This document shows, piece by piece, positions 53,421-64,000 of a DNA stretch of 64,000 nt; position 1 is the stretch's first letter; every line of letters starts with the position of its first letter. Origin of the DNA: Azolla caroliniana. Its lineage: Eukaryota; Plantae; Polypodiophyta. The notes beneath the pieces are model-generated. The model was given only the letters and a program-made list of their open reading frames with translations, made no database searches and was not told the DNA's origin. The stretch covers positions 2,108,001 through 2,172,000 of the forward strand of contig JBHGNT010000007.1 of NCBI GenBank assembly GCA_043228905.1, in the 5' to 3' direction. A program made the translations under genes and the position numbers.

Positions 53421-54199
53421 TCAGACTACATCAGTGATCAATTCGGATTGTGGAGGGTAATTATTATATTGGTTGTCTTGATGGACCTCTAGGATACTAC
53501 CACTCGGAATCATCATCGTATTTGAGTATCTCTGGGTGCCAATGAAATGGAGCCACAGAGACCTGATGATTAATGGGCTCAAAAACAATATGGCCGCAAT
53601 AGGACCAACTAAGAACCACAAATACATAGGCCATGAGACATAAAAGTAGGCTCTGAAGCCACAGGACTGGTTCTGCGAAGCTCTGGACATGGCAATGTTC
53701 ACATCGGATTGACGGTAATTCTCGATCGCATCCGAACCACCACCACGTATGCTGTTCACGACAAAGATTACATACAAACAATAGTATGCGACCTTAGAAT
53801 TGAAGACAAAGGACTGAACATTCCATGACAAGGCACAAGATAGCAAAATCATTATGGTAGAAGGAGTTCCCGGGTCTCTGAATGTTGCGCTGTGCAGGAT
53901 CAACACGGCGTAGAACGAGCAGACATTGAGAGCCATCATTACAATGGAACTCTATCACAATCCATAAAGACATGATCGAAGATTTAGGATTTAGATTTGC
54001 ACTATACAATCTGTACATATATAAACATGTATGATTTGACAGATTCTGGTAAATTATGTATATATACATGCACGCATATGATCATCATGATTAATTAATC
54101 ACAGGATTAGATAATAAAAATGGATATTGTGTAGGAATTACGTACCAGCATCAAGACTATGGCGGAAGAGATCAGCCCCATCATATTCGTGGGGAGCAT
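53421..54199 (-). CDS. DUF599-like membrane protein, copy 5 (exons 54199-54146, 53951-53421; ~194 aa)
   Basis: Exon 1 MLPTNMMGLISSAIVLML, donor GTACGT, acceptor gtgatAG|AGT TCC ATT GTA ATG in frame; tail EVHQDNQ...PQSELITDVV; TATTTAA at 54267-54261. Confidence 0.87.
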
Positions 54200-55369
54200 T
54201 TGTTGAGATGTGGGGAGCATTTGTTTAGAAGCGACTCCTTTCTTTGAAACTGGGAGGAACTTAAATAGGGCCCAAGGGCAAGGGCGAGGGGCAACTTAAA
54301 TTATGAAAAAATGATTTTAATTATTATTTTTCACAACGAATGTCCAACATTATTTTTCACAACGAATGTGCATGAAAGCAAAAGTATGTCAACTTCATCG
54401 CTTCATCGAGTCCGAATCCGAAGACGTATTAACAAAAGCATGAAATTGAAAGAGTTTTTCAGAAAGGACGAAACATGTATAAACGTCTTCTAAGAACAAA
54501 AACTGGTCAATCACACAATTGGTTTATAACCAAATGAAAATAAAAATAAAATAAAATAAGACTTCGATAAAAGAGAACAAGACAAGCAAGGCTTGTTAAA
54601 AGGTTTTAGTTTTTTCTGTTCTAAAACTTTTGACTTTCATAGGACTACATATAATACATGCATTATACATATAGAACTTCAAAGGCCATCCTCTCAATCT
54701 CCCAACACACATCCTTTCCATTTTTTTCTTTTTTCTTTATGACTATTCTCCAAAGGGATCATGTGTGTGCTGCCTCATATAATTAGATGATTAGACGTTC
54801 CATGTGCACGTGTACACGTGTAATCATGTTCCAATACACCTTACAAAATTTAAATCTTTTCATACTCAATTTCCAATCTTCTTGGGGGCAATTTGAAATT
54901 TGTTTCTCTCTCTCCCTCCCTCCCTCTCTCTCTAGGGTTTAGGGTTAGTATCTAAAAGTTACTTTTTTATATATATTCTTGCTAGCTCTTGAATATTATG
55001 TTTTCCATAAAGGGGTAGCATCTAAAAGTTGTGTAATATATATTCTTTGATAACTGTTGAATATGGTGTTTTTACATAAATAAATTAGGGTATTAAGCAC
55101 AAAGTTAAGTTTGTCATGTGGATTTTAGAATAGTATTATAGTAGTATGTTATCTTTTATTGTCTTCATAGATGCAATACCTTTCTAGTCTTCAAGGTCCT
55201 CTTTCATGCTACACAAGAACGTGGTTACTAGTGTTATGTAATGGTTTTGGGAGGTACTCATGTGCATTGATTAATGACGAAGAATGTATTTAAGGAGAAT
55301 GCAAATATTTTTATTATGAGTATGAGAAATGTTTATGAGAAAGATGTTATTATCATGAATACATCAATT

Positions 55370-55700
55370 CTATGTGGAAATCACTCTGTTGAAAATATTC
55401 AAAGCAGAAAAGCATTGATCTTGCTCAAGAAGGCCAAAGATCGACGTATTACAACCTATAATACTCATATTTGGAGTTTTATATACATGTCTTTGCGATG
55501 CATGAGTAGACAAATTTGTTGGGCTGTAAATTCTCCTTTTGCGTTCGGTGAAACAACTCAAGCACATTCTTGCTCTATCCTAGCACACTGTGCAACGTGA
55601 AACAACTAGGCTTCTTCACATTGCAGAAGATTAAAGAAGCCTCTAACAAGTGCCCATAACGTGCAAAAACCCTCACCAAATGATCTCCCAAGGCAAACAG
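55370..55700 (-). pseudogene. PLS-class PPR gene relic
   Basis: Minus strand reads ALGDHLVRVFARYGHLLEASLIFCNVKKPSCFT-HSVLG*SKNVLELFHRTQKENLQPNKFVYSCIAKTC, a PPR S/P motif pattern with a stop and deletions. Confidence 0.75.
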
Positions 55701-56818
55701 GTGTGTCTAGTGCTGATCAACAGAAGGTGCAAATATCCATAGGATGTTGAATCTGAGTCTTTGTTTCCATGGCTATTACACAAAGGGTTATACAGACCAA
55801 CACCATGTCACTGTTTCTGCTCCACGTCACCAACCCAGATGCACTTGTTGAACTTTAGCATGGCGTGTTCTTCTGCACCAACGAACCTTGGATACGATAT
55901 CCAATCACCTTATTCAGTGTTAGGAAATAGGACCCTCCGGATGGGAAGTAAGCACAAACAGGATTGGAGTTCGGAGAACCATCCATGGATAAGGAGTCAA
56001 AACTGGATGGAGGTGCACATGTGTTATCGGTTAGGAACACAGGCCACCCTCAGTCCTTCGAGGTAGCTTACAAGGTGATCGTGGTGCAAGGGAATAGAGA
56101 TGCATAGTGCGTGATCGGTAGGGCGTAAGGAGGAGACAACTACAACCTAGCCTCCTTAGGGCGTAGCACCCAACGCGTCCTTACCTTGTGTTTACTGTAA
56201 CACAGTCTTGTACAGAGAACGAGACACCAATAGGCCAATGGACAGGACACCAAGATCAAAGAAGATAAACTATATTAAAACAACACTCTTAGAATATGCT
56301 GGCTTTTTACAATAGTCTCTCGCCCTTTATATATACATGGCCTCTCATCGGTTACGCTCCTTGCATACAACCGTTACATGTGTTACTTTAACGCTCCTAA
56401 TATAATACTCTATTCCCCATGTGTTATGTCATGCGGTTACAATTCTGGCGGACAATAGCGCGTCGAATCGTGTGTCTCTGCATTTAGTCCTCTGTTATTC
56501 CCTCTTGTGCTTGAAGTTCAGTGGTGGCCGAATCCATTGATCTAACAAACTGGTATCAAAGCAAAGGAATCTGGACGACTCATTTGGTGGAATGTTCAAG
56601 CTAATCGGCTCCAACTATTCTATCTGGAAGTCGAAGATGAGGGACCTCACACCCTCTAGCTTTTATTCCCCCTACTTTTCATAGTTAACCTTAAGAAGCC
56701 ACTCTCCACCACTATCCATGACCCCACTAACTCCTATCAAAACCTCTCTTTCGCCCCCTATCTCTCCATCTCTTTGTCTAATCCTCTCTCCCACCCTATA
56801 TAATCCATCCCACTCCCT

Positions 56819-56880
56819 ATATGGTCATTTAGCACTGATGAGCCCCTTTAGGGACAAAACTAGTTTGCTCATGACCATAT
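56819..56880 (+). ncRNA. Degenerate minimal type I hammerhead ribozyme
   Basis: ATATGGTCAT-tt-AGCA CTGATGA GCCCC ttta GGGAC AAAAC TA GTT TGCT-c-ATGACCATAT: 14-bp stem I, CUGAUGA core, stem II and short palindromic stem III; GAAA has mutated to AAAA. Confidence 0.65.
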
Positions 56881-57826
56881 CCCCATGTACTTTTTTTCCA
56901 ATCTTAATGATAATTAGATATAGATTTGCACTTAACCATCTCTCTCTCTCTCTCTCTCTCCCATTTAACATGTTAGTAATGTTTGCTTTAAGTGTTTTTA
57001 ATTAATACTTAATGACTAGCCCTCTCTCTCTTTCTTATTATGTTTTTAGGTTTTTTAGGTATATTTAAGTTTTAATCCATATAGTAATTTAAGTTATAAA
57101 GTCTTAATCTATCTCTCTCTCTCTCCCTCGTTTTCTCCAAGCCATGCACCGATGACACACCATTCACACTCCTTGTCGACGACCGTATGGTCAACAAAAC
57201 CTAGAATCGGGAGAAGTCGGGGACGAGGTCGAAGTCAAGGGGGAGGCCCACCTGCTTCTACTGTGGAAAGCCAAGGCACTTCCAAAAGAATTGTCGGCAC
57301 TTCCGGAAAGAGAAACGGATAGGTGATGGTGTAGAGCTGAAGAAGATTCTGGACAGAAAAGGCACCTCAATGATCGCGATAAGTGAGGAGGAGTTGTTGC
57401 TAATTAGCGAGCAAAACGAAGTGAACCTTGTCAGCGACAAAATGATGTGGGTGATCAATTCCAGAACATCGTTCCACGTGAACCCTGACCGGAAATGTTT
57501 CTCATCATACAAGGCCGAAGACCATGGTTTTGTGAAGATGGGAAAGGAAGGAGCATGTTGAATTGATGGTATAGGAGACATGTGCTTGTTAACTTGAACT
57601 GGGTGTAGACTTGTGTTGAAAGATGTGCATCACGTTTCGGAGGTCAGAGTGAATCTAATATCAACCGGTTGTCATGAACACATGACCATTATGACGTCAC
57701 CCGGACTCGAACCTTGAACCTTGTAATCTATACTTGAAAACCTCAACCATTAAGATAGCTTATTTTTATATGAAACAATAAAAGCTACTTCTTGTATTAC
57801 ATTGATTATTGTAAAACCTGTAGATT

Positions 57827-57924
57827 ATTCTAGAATGTTCTAGAATGTCCTAGAGCATTCTAGGTCTAGAACATTTTAGAACATTCTAGAAATCTCTAAG
57901 TTATTCTATAGGAACCTATAAATA
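57827..57924 (+). promoter_or_regulatory. Heat-shock-element array plus TATA box in the LTR (repeated at 63147-63244)
   Basis: TTCtaGAAtgTTCtaGAA and GAAcaTT(C/T)taGAAcaTTCtaGAA upstream of TATAAATA 57917-57924. Confidence 0.7.
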
Positions 57925-58185
57925 ATGGCATACATGTATTCTCAAATCAATTCGAATCAACACCAGTCTTTAGCTCTCATTACATATCTTGTATCCATTC
58001 TCTTTCTTTCTCTATCTTATACATCCATTCTTCTCTTAGTATTTCGTTCCTTTCTTCTCGTGTTCTCTAATATCCTTCTTCCATCACTCTATCTTTTATC
58101 CTTGGTTCTGACAGTTTGATTCGAATTCTCTCTCTGTCTCTCTTTGTCTCTCTCTCTTATCCTCCTTTGTAACCATCCTGAAACC

Positions 58186-61100
58186 ATGGTTGCCATTAAC
58201 TCAGAAGAATATCTTGCCCTTGTTGCAAAAATGGAGAACCTTAAATCCAAGGTCGCATCTCTTGAAGTAGAGAATCAACGTCTACTTGGGGATCTACAAA
58301 AGGTTACTATAGAGAAGCAACAACAACAAGAGGAGTTCACGCGACGAGTGCAACAGTTAGAGTTCACAATCGTAGTGTTACAACAACAAAGGGTTGAAGG
58401 TCAAGGACTTATCAAGGAGCCCAAAATTAGCCTCCCAGCTAAATTTGATGGGTTGAGGGCGCATTTCCGAGGTTTCTTGAATCAAGTACGGTTGGTGATT
58501 CAAATGCATCCCGTGCGTTATCCAACAGATGCGTCACGAGTCGGGCTAGTGGGCACCTTATTGACTGGCATAACGTTGTCGTGGTTTGCTCCATTGCTAG
58601 AGACCAATTCTCCTCTACTGAATAATTTCGAGGAATTTGTCAAGGAATTTAAGGCTTGTTTCGGAGATACTGATGGGGCGAGAACAACTATCAACAAGAT
58701 TCGTACACTTCGTCAAGGTGATCAACCAGCTTTGACATATGCTACCAATTTCCGTCTCATCGCAAGCGATATTCCTTGGGATGAACAAGCCCTAATGGAG
58801 CAATTCCGTTCAGGCCTTCGTAGTAATGTCAAAGACTTACTTCTTACCTTCCCCGAGGATCCAAGGTCACTTACAGAAGCTATTAGTCGAGCAATACGGT
58901 GTGATAATCGCCTTTTTGAGCGTCGATGTGAGCGACAACAACAAATAACAAGATCAAGATTCACACCAACTTATGCATCAGTAACGACGCAATCATCCCC
59001 AAGGCAAATGTATAGCCCTGCTCCAACTCCAAGGCAAACACGTAGTCTAGTCCCAATGGATAGTCCTGCACCCATGGAGATCGATATGACCTAACGACGA
59101 GGACCGTTGTCAAACGAAGAGAAGCAATGTCGTTGAGCAAACCATCTATGCTTATATTGCGGAGGTCCAGGACATATAGCCATTCATTGCTCCCATAGGC
59201 CGAGACGTCAGGTAAATCAAATTCACTATGACAATAAAAATGAGTCCAACATTTTAGAAGCAGTTAGTGAATCTTATATTATGAATAATCCACCCTTGCC
59301 CAATAAATTTGAAGTCCTAAGCCAATTAGAAGAGGAGTCAAACGAATAAGTCTGGCCAAAATAGGAGCCATTTGGTTGGACAACCCTAGATATGTACAAC
59401 CTAGTGTGGGTTCCATTTCTTCCAAGCATGTTAGTAGAGTCTTCTCAGCCCTAGTACAAGTTAGGACACCCACTTGTCAACTTCAAGTCCAAGCCCTCTT
59501 AGATACCGGAGCCAATTCTTGTTTCATGGATAGAGATTTTGCCCGAAAACACCAAATATCCTTGCATACACTTCCTTGTCCAGTTTCCGTAGTAGTGATT
59601 GATGGATGCCCCATTGCTTCCGGGAAGATATTTGAAGAGTCTGAGCCAATACACATACTCTTGGGTGATTTAGGATGTGTAGTTTCCTTTAACATAATCC
59701 GTAGTCCTGAGCATCCAATTGTCCTCGGTTTGCCATGGTTCGAGCTACATAACCCTAGAATCGATTGGAGGAAGCGAGAAATTAGGTGCCCTTTAGTAGA
59801 AAATATCATTGTCAAGGATCGAACTCGGGATTATCCTCCTAAAGTATATAGTTCTACCGATGCACCATATCCTTCTCATCAAATTTCAGCCATCACAATG
59901 CAACAATTGTGCCAAGTGGGAGGCAAGGAGGAGCTTTTCTTATTTGCAATATCAGTGACACCTTCTAGTGTCACTCAAGGGAATTGAGACATCCAAATTC
60001 CCAAAAAATATCAAGACTATGCTGATGTTTTCGACAAAGTCAAATCTAGTGTTCTTCCAAAGCATCAGTCGTACGACTGTCCTATTGATCTCCAACCAGG
60101 AAAAGAGCCACCGTGGGGTCGGATTTACAATTTATCACCCACTGAGCTTGAGGTTCTTCGAGAATACATCGAGGAAAATCTTGCACATGGGTTTATTCGA
60201 CATTCAAAGTCTCCAGCTGGTGCTCCTATCTTTTTTGTGAAGAAAAAGGACGGCTCCCTTTGTTTGGTCGTGGACTATCGAGGCTTAAATAAAGTCACCA
60301 TAAGGAATAGGTATGCTTTACCTTTAATCTCCAATCTCTTAGAACGCATTAGTGGGGCAAAGCATTTTACCAAAATTGATCTAAGGGGTGCATATAATCT
60401 TGTTCAAATTCGGCCGGGAGATGAGTGAAAAACAACATTTCATACTCGATATGGTCATTTCAAGTATACAATCATGCCTTTCGGGCTCACAAATGCACCT
60501 GCAATATTCCAACATATGGCAAATGACATCTTCCGGGATTTCTTGGATATTTTTCTAATCATCTACCTAGATGATCTGTTGATTTACTCTAAAACACAAG
60601 GGGAGCATGATATACATGTGCGGCAAGTACTTGAACGCCTAAGGAAGTATGGTCTTTATGCCAAACTTGAGAAATGCAGTTTTGATTGCAAACAAGTCGA
60701 ATTTTTGGGATACACTATTTCGTCCTAGGGTGTTTTCATGGACCAGGCAAAAGTCCAAACAATATTGGAATGGAAACCCCCATGCTCAGTTCGGGATGTC
60801 CAGTGTTTCCTCAGATTTGCGAACTTCTATCGCAAATTCGTACATAATTATTCAAGCATTGTGTTGCCCCTTACTCAACTCACCAAGAAAAATCAAGCAT
60901 TGTTTTGGAGTATTGAAGCGGACAAGGCTTTTACGCAGTTGAAAGAGGCATTCACATCAACACCCATCCTAGCACATATTGATCCTGAAAAGCCATTTAC
61001 TATTGAGGCAGATGCATCGGACTTTGCATTGGGGAGTATCCTATCGCAACCAGGCGAGGATGGGTAGACACAACCAGTCGCGTTTCACTCGAGAAAATTT

Positions 61101-63005
61101 ACTGTTTCGGAGATAAACTATGAGGTGCATGACAAGGAGTTACTAGCTGTGGTTGACTCATTCGAGCAATGTCGTCATTTTCTAGAAGGATCACCTCATC
61201 AGATTATCATTTATAGTGATCACAAAAATCTCACATATTTTCAAACAGCTCGAGTATTAAATAGACGCCAAGCTCGGTGGGCCCAATTTCTAACGTGTTT
61301 CGATTTCAAGATCATTTTTCGCTCCGGAAAACAACAAGGGAAAGTAGATGCTTTGTCTTGGCGTTCATATCTAGCACTTCGACCTGGCGATCCGGCCTTT
61401 GACAATGAAAAACAAATTCTCCTCGGGCCATCAAAGCTACAGGTAACAACAATTTATGCCATGCCACTTGATTCTACCCTTCTTGACACTATTCGGCAAC
61501 AACTTCATTCAGATGATTTTGCTAAGGATGTCTTAGCCCACTATGGTTCAAGTCGTCCATCTTGCTCCACATTGCCAGGGTCATCTCAACATTATCAGGA
61601 CTTCAAGTGACAAGATGGCTTACTCTTCTACAAGAATCTCCTTTACGTCCCCGACGGATCACCCCGACTTCAAGTGTTGGAACATTGTCATGATGCCCCC
61701 ATGGCTGGACATTTTGGTATTTCCAAGACCCTTGAGTTGGTGAAACGTTCGTTTTGGTGGCCTCACTTGCAAAAATTTGTCGAAGATTATGTTCTCACTT
61801 GTGACACTTGCTGTCGCGCAAAAATACCTCGGCATCACCCTTATGGCTTACTACAACCATTACCCCCTCCCAACAAGCCATGACAGTCTATTTCTATGGA
61901 TTTCATTACGGATCTGCCACCTTCCAAAGGCTTTGATACTATTTTAACAGTACTGGATCGGTTCACCAAGATGGCACATTTTGTACCATGTGTAAAGACC
62001 ATCAATAGTGAAGAAATTGTAGATCTCATTATGCGTGAAGTGTTTCGCCATCATGGTCTCCTGAATGATATTATTAGCAATCGAGGTCCTCAATTTATCT
62101 CACACTTTTGGAAGCACCTATGGGCAGGCCTCAAAATCTCTTGCAAACTCTCTTAAGCTTATCATCCACAAACTGACGGACAAACAGAGCGCACAAATCA
62201 AACACTCGAGCAATATCTTCGATGTTCCATTAGTTATCAACAAGATGATTGGAGTAATATTTTACATCTTGCCGAGTTTGCATACAACAACATGGTCCAC
62301 TCTTCTACCAAAGTTACACCTTTCTTTGCCTACACTAGCAACCACCCTCGATGGTGTATACTGGATCTTCCTGAGGTGTCACGAAACCCTAGTGCGGCGC
62401 ATCACCTCCACCGCCTACAACAAATCTTGTTCGAGTTATCGTCACATCTTCAGAAAGCGCAAGCACACCATAAGACCAATGCCGATCGACATCGTCCTAA
62501 GTCTCCGTTTAAGGTTGGTGACCGTGTATGGTTGCTTCGTCGTCACATCAAGACTACCCGACCGTGTGCTAAGCTTGACTATCAACGCTTAGGTCCTTTT
62601 GTCATCACGACGCAGATTAATGATGCAACATTTCGTCTTAACCTTCCTGCACATATGCGGCTTCACCCTATCTTTCATAGCTCTCTTTTGGAACCTTGCC
62701 GCACCTCTTTAATTCCTAATCGTGTTGTGCCACCACCTCCTTCTGTACAACTTGTGGACGGCCCCGAATACGAGGTAGTTGCTATTCTCGATTCTAAGAT
62801 TGTGCGCAATAAGCTTTATTGTCTAGTTGATTGGCTTGGCTATCCTCCGAGTGATCGCACTTGGGAACCCATTGATAACGTTTGTAATGCTGAAGCTCTG
62901 GACAATGACTTCCATCGTCACTATCCAAACAAGCCCGGCCCAACAATGTTAACGCCGACTTCCACTCGGCGTTCTCGAAGGAGGGATATTGTCATGAACA
63001 CATGA
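58186..63005 (+). pseudogene. Chromovirus gag and pol with nonsense and frameshift lesions
   Basis: Gag EPKISLPAKFDG, CLYCGGPGHIAIHC; protease LLDTGA; RT YLDD; RNase H EADASDF; integrase HCHD...GH...CDTC; chromodomain. Confidence 0.93.
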
Positions 63006-64000
63006 CTAGTATGGCGTCACCCGGACTTGAACCTCGAACCTTGTAATCCATACTTGAAAACCTCAACCATTAAGATAGCTTATTGTTATATGAAACAATA
63101 AAAGCTACTTCTTGTATTACATTGATTATTGTAAAACCTCTAGATTATTCTAGAATGTTCTAGAATGTCCTAGAGCATTCTAGGTCTAGAACATTCTAGA
63201 ACATTCTAGAAATCTCTAAGCTATTCTATAGGAACCTATAAATAAGGGCATACATGTATTCTCAAATCAATTCGAATCAACACCAGTCTTTAGCTCTCAT
63301 TACATATCGTGTATCCATTCTCTTTCTTTCTCTATCTTATACATCCATTCTTCTCTTAGTATTTCGTTCCTTTCTTCTCGTGTTCTCTAGTATCCTTCTT
63401 CCATTGCTCTATCTTTTATCCTTGGTTCTGACACCGGTTGGCTAGATGATGAAGGCTACACAAGTAGCATCCAGAACCACACTCTAAAGTTTTGCAAGGG
63501 AAACCTGATTGTGGCCTAAGTCCGGAATACAAACACACTATACCTAATGCATGCTCGGCTGATTCGAGACGAAATGAATGTGGTAACTTACATAGCCAGT
63601 GAGTTGTGGCACAAGAGGCTATGCCACATGAGTGAGAAGGGGATACATAAGCTTGCCGAGAATAATCTCATACCGGAGATAAAGAATGTGCATTTTGACA
63701 AATGCATTGATTGCTTGGCTAGCAAGCAAAATAGGGCCTTTTTCCGTCTCAGGCCCCCGATGAGAAAGAAGGCACCATTAGAACTTAGGCATACAAACAT
63801 ATGCTACATGGATACGAAGTCACATGCTGGCTCACAATAGTTTGTCACCGTAATTGATGACTACATCCGGAAGTTGTGGGCTTCCATACTGAAGACGAAG
63901 GGCCAAGTGTTGTCCATCTTCAAGGAGTTCCAAGCAAGAGCAAAGAGAGAAACTAATCGGAAGTTGAAATCTGTTCCAGTGGATAACAGGGGAAGAATAC

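Larger units (their letters stand above)
57670..63433 (+). mobile_element. Full-length Ty3/Gypsy chromovirus (Tcn1/Tf1-sushi-like)
   Basis: 444-bp LTRs 57670-58113 and 62990-63433 (about 15 substitutions by eye); perfect TSD CCGGT; PPT before 62990; chromodomain EYEVVAILDS...YCLVDWLGY...TWEP. Confidence 0.97.
56551..64000 (+). mobile_element. Decayed Copia (Tnt1/Tork-like), host of two insertions; runs off window end
   Basis: PBS TGGTATCAAAGC; gag NYSIWKSKMRDL; CFYCGKPRHFQKNC; WVINSRTSFHV; after 63438 LWHKRLCHMSEKG and integrase FVTVIDDY. Confidence 0.88.

Noticed and set aside
55274-55600. 108-aa plus-strand ORF
   Set aside because: Antisense to the PPR relic and has no recognisable motif.
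56196-56441. TGTAACA...GTTACA segment as a solo LTR or the Copia 5' LTR
   Set aside because: Flanks tttac/attct give no TSD, and it ends about 110 bp before the PBS; boundaries cannot be supported.
57925-58119. Hydrophobic 64-aa ORF repeated at 63254-63445
   Set aside because: It is the CT-rich R/U5 part of the LTR; the duplication is explained by the LTRs.

Overview
A TE-rich eukaryotic plant window. Fern-style PLS-PPR relics, a Tcn1-like chromovirus, abundant (TA)n/(TG)n/(GA)n tracts and GT-AG introns point to a seed-free vascular plant, probably a fern (inference). The host content is an array of short, two-exon, strongly diverged membrane-protein genes derived from the DUF599 family. Four copies look intact (8676-9399 +, 14330-15098 +, 38014-38641 +, 53421-54199 -), two are truncated pseudogenes, and about five are small relics. 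Each copy is trailed by a shared 1-2.5 kb 3' block, and copies largely alternate in orientation, creating kb-scale inverted repeats. The array is invaded by four Copia elements, a Gypsy fragment with a nested solo LTR, and an L1 LINE. The LINE contains a 7.6 kb CCCGGGG-ended element with an 8-bp TSD, which itself contains a hAT. There is also a complete chromovirus with a self-priming PBS, heat-shock elements and a -1 frameshift signal, and a degenerate type I hammerhead ribozyme. All family assignments come from motif recognition by eye; no database search was run.
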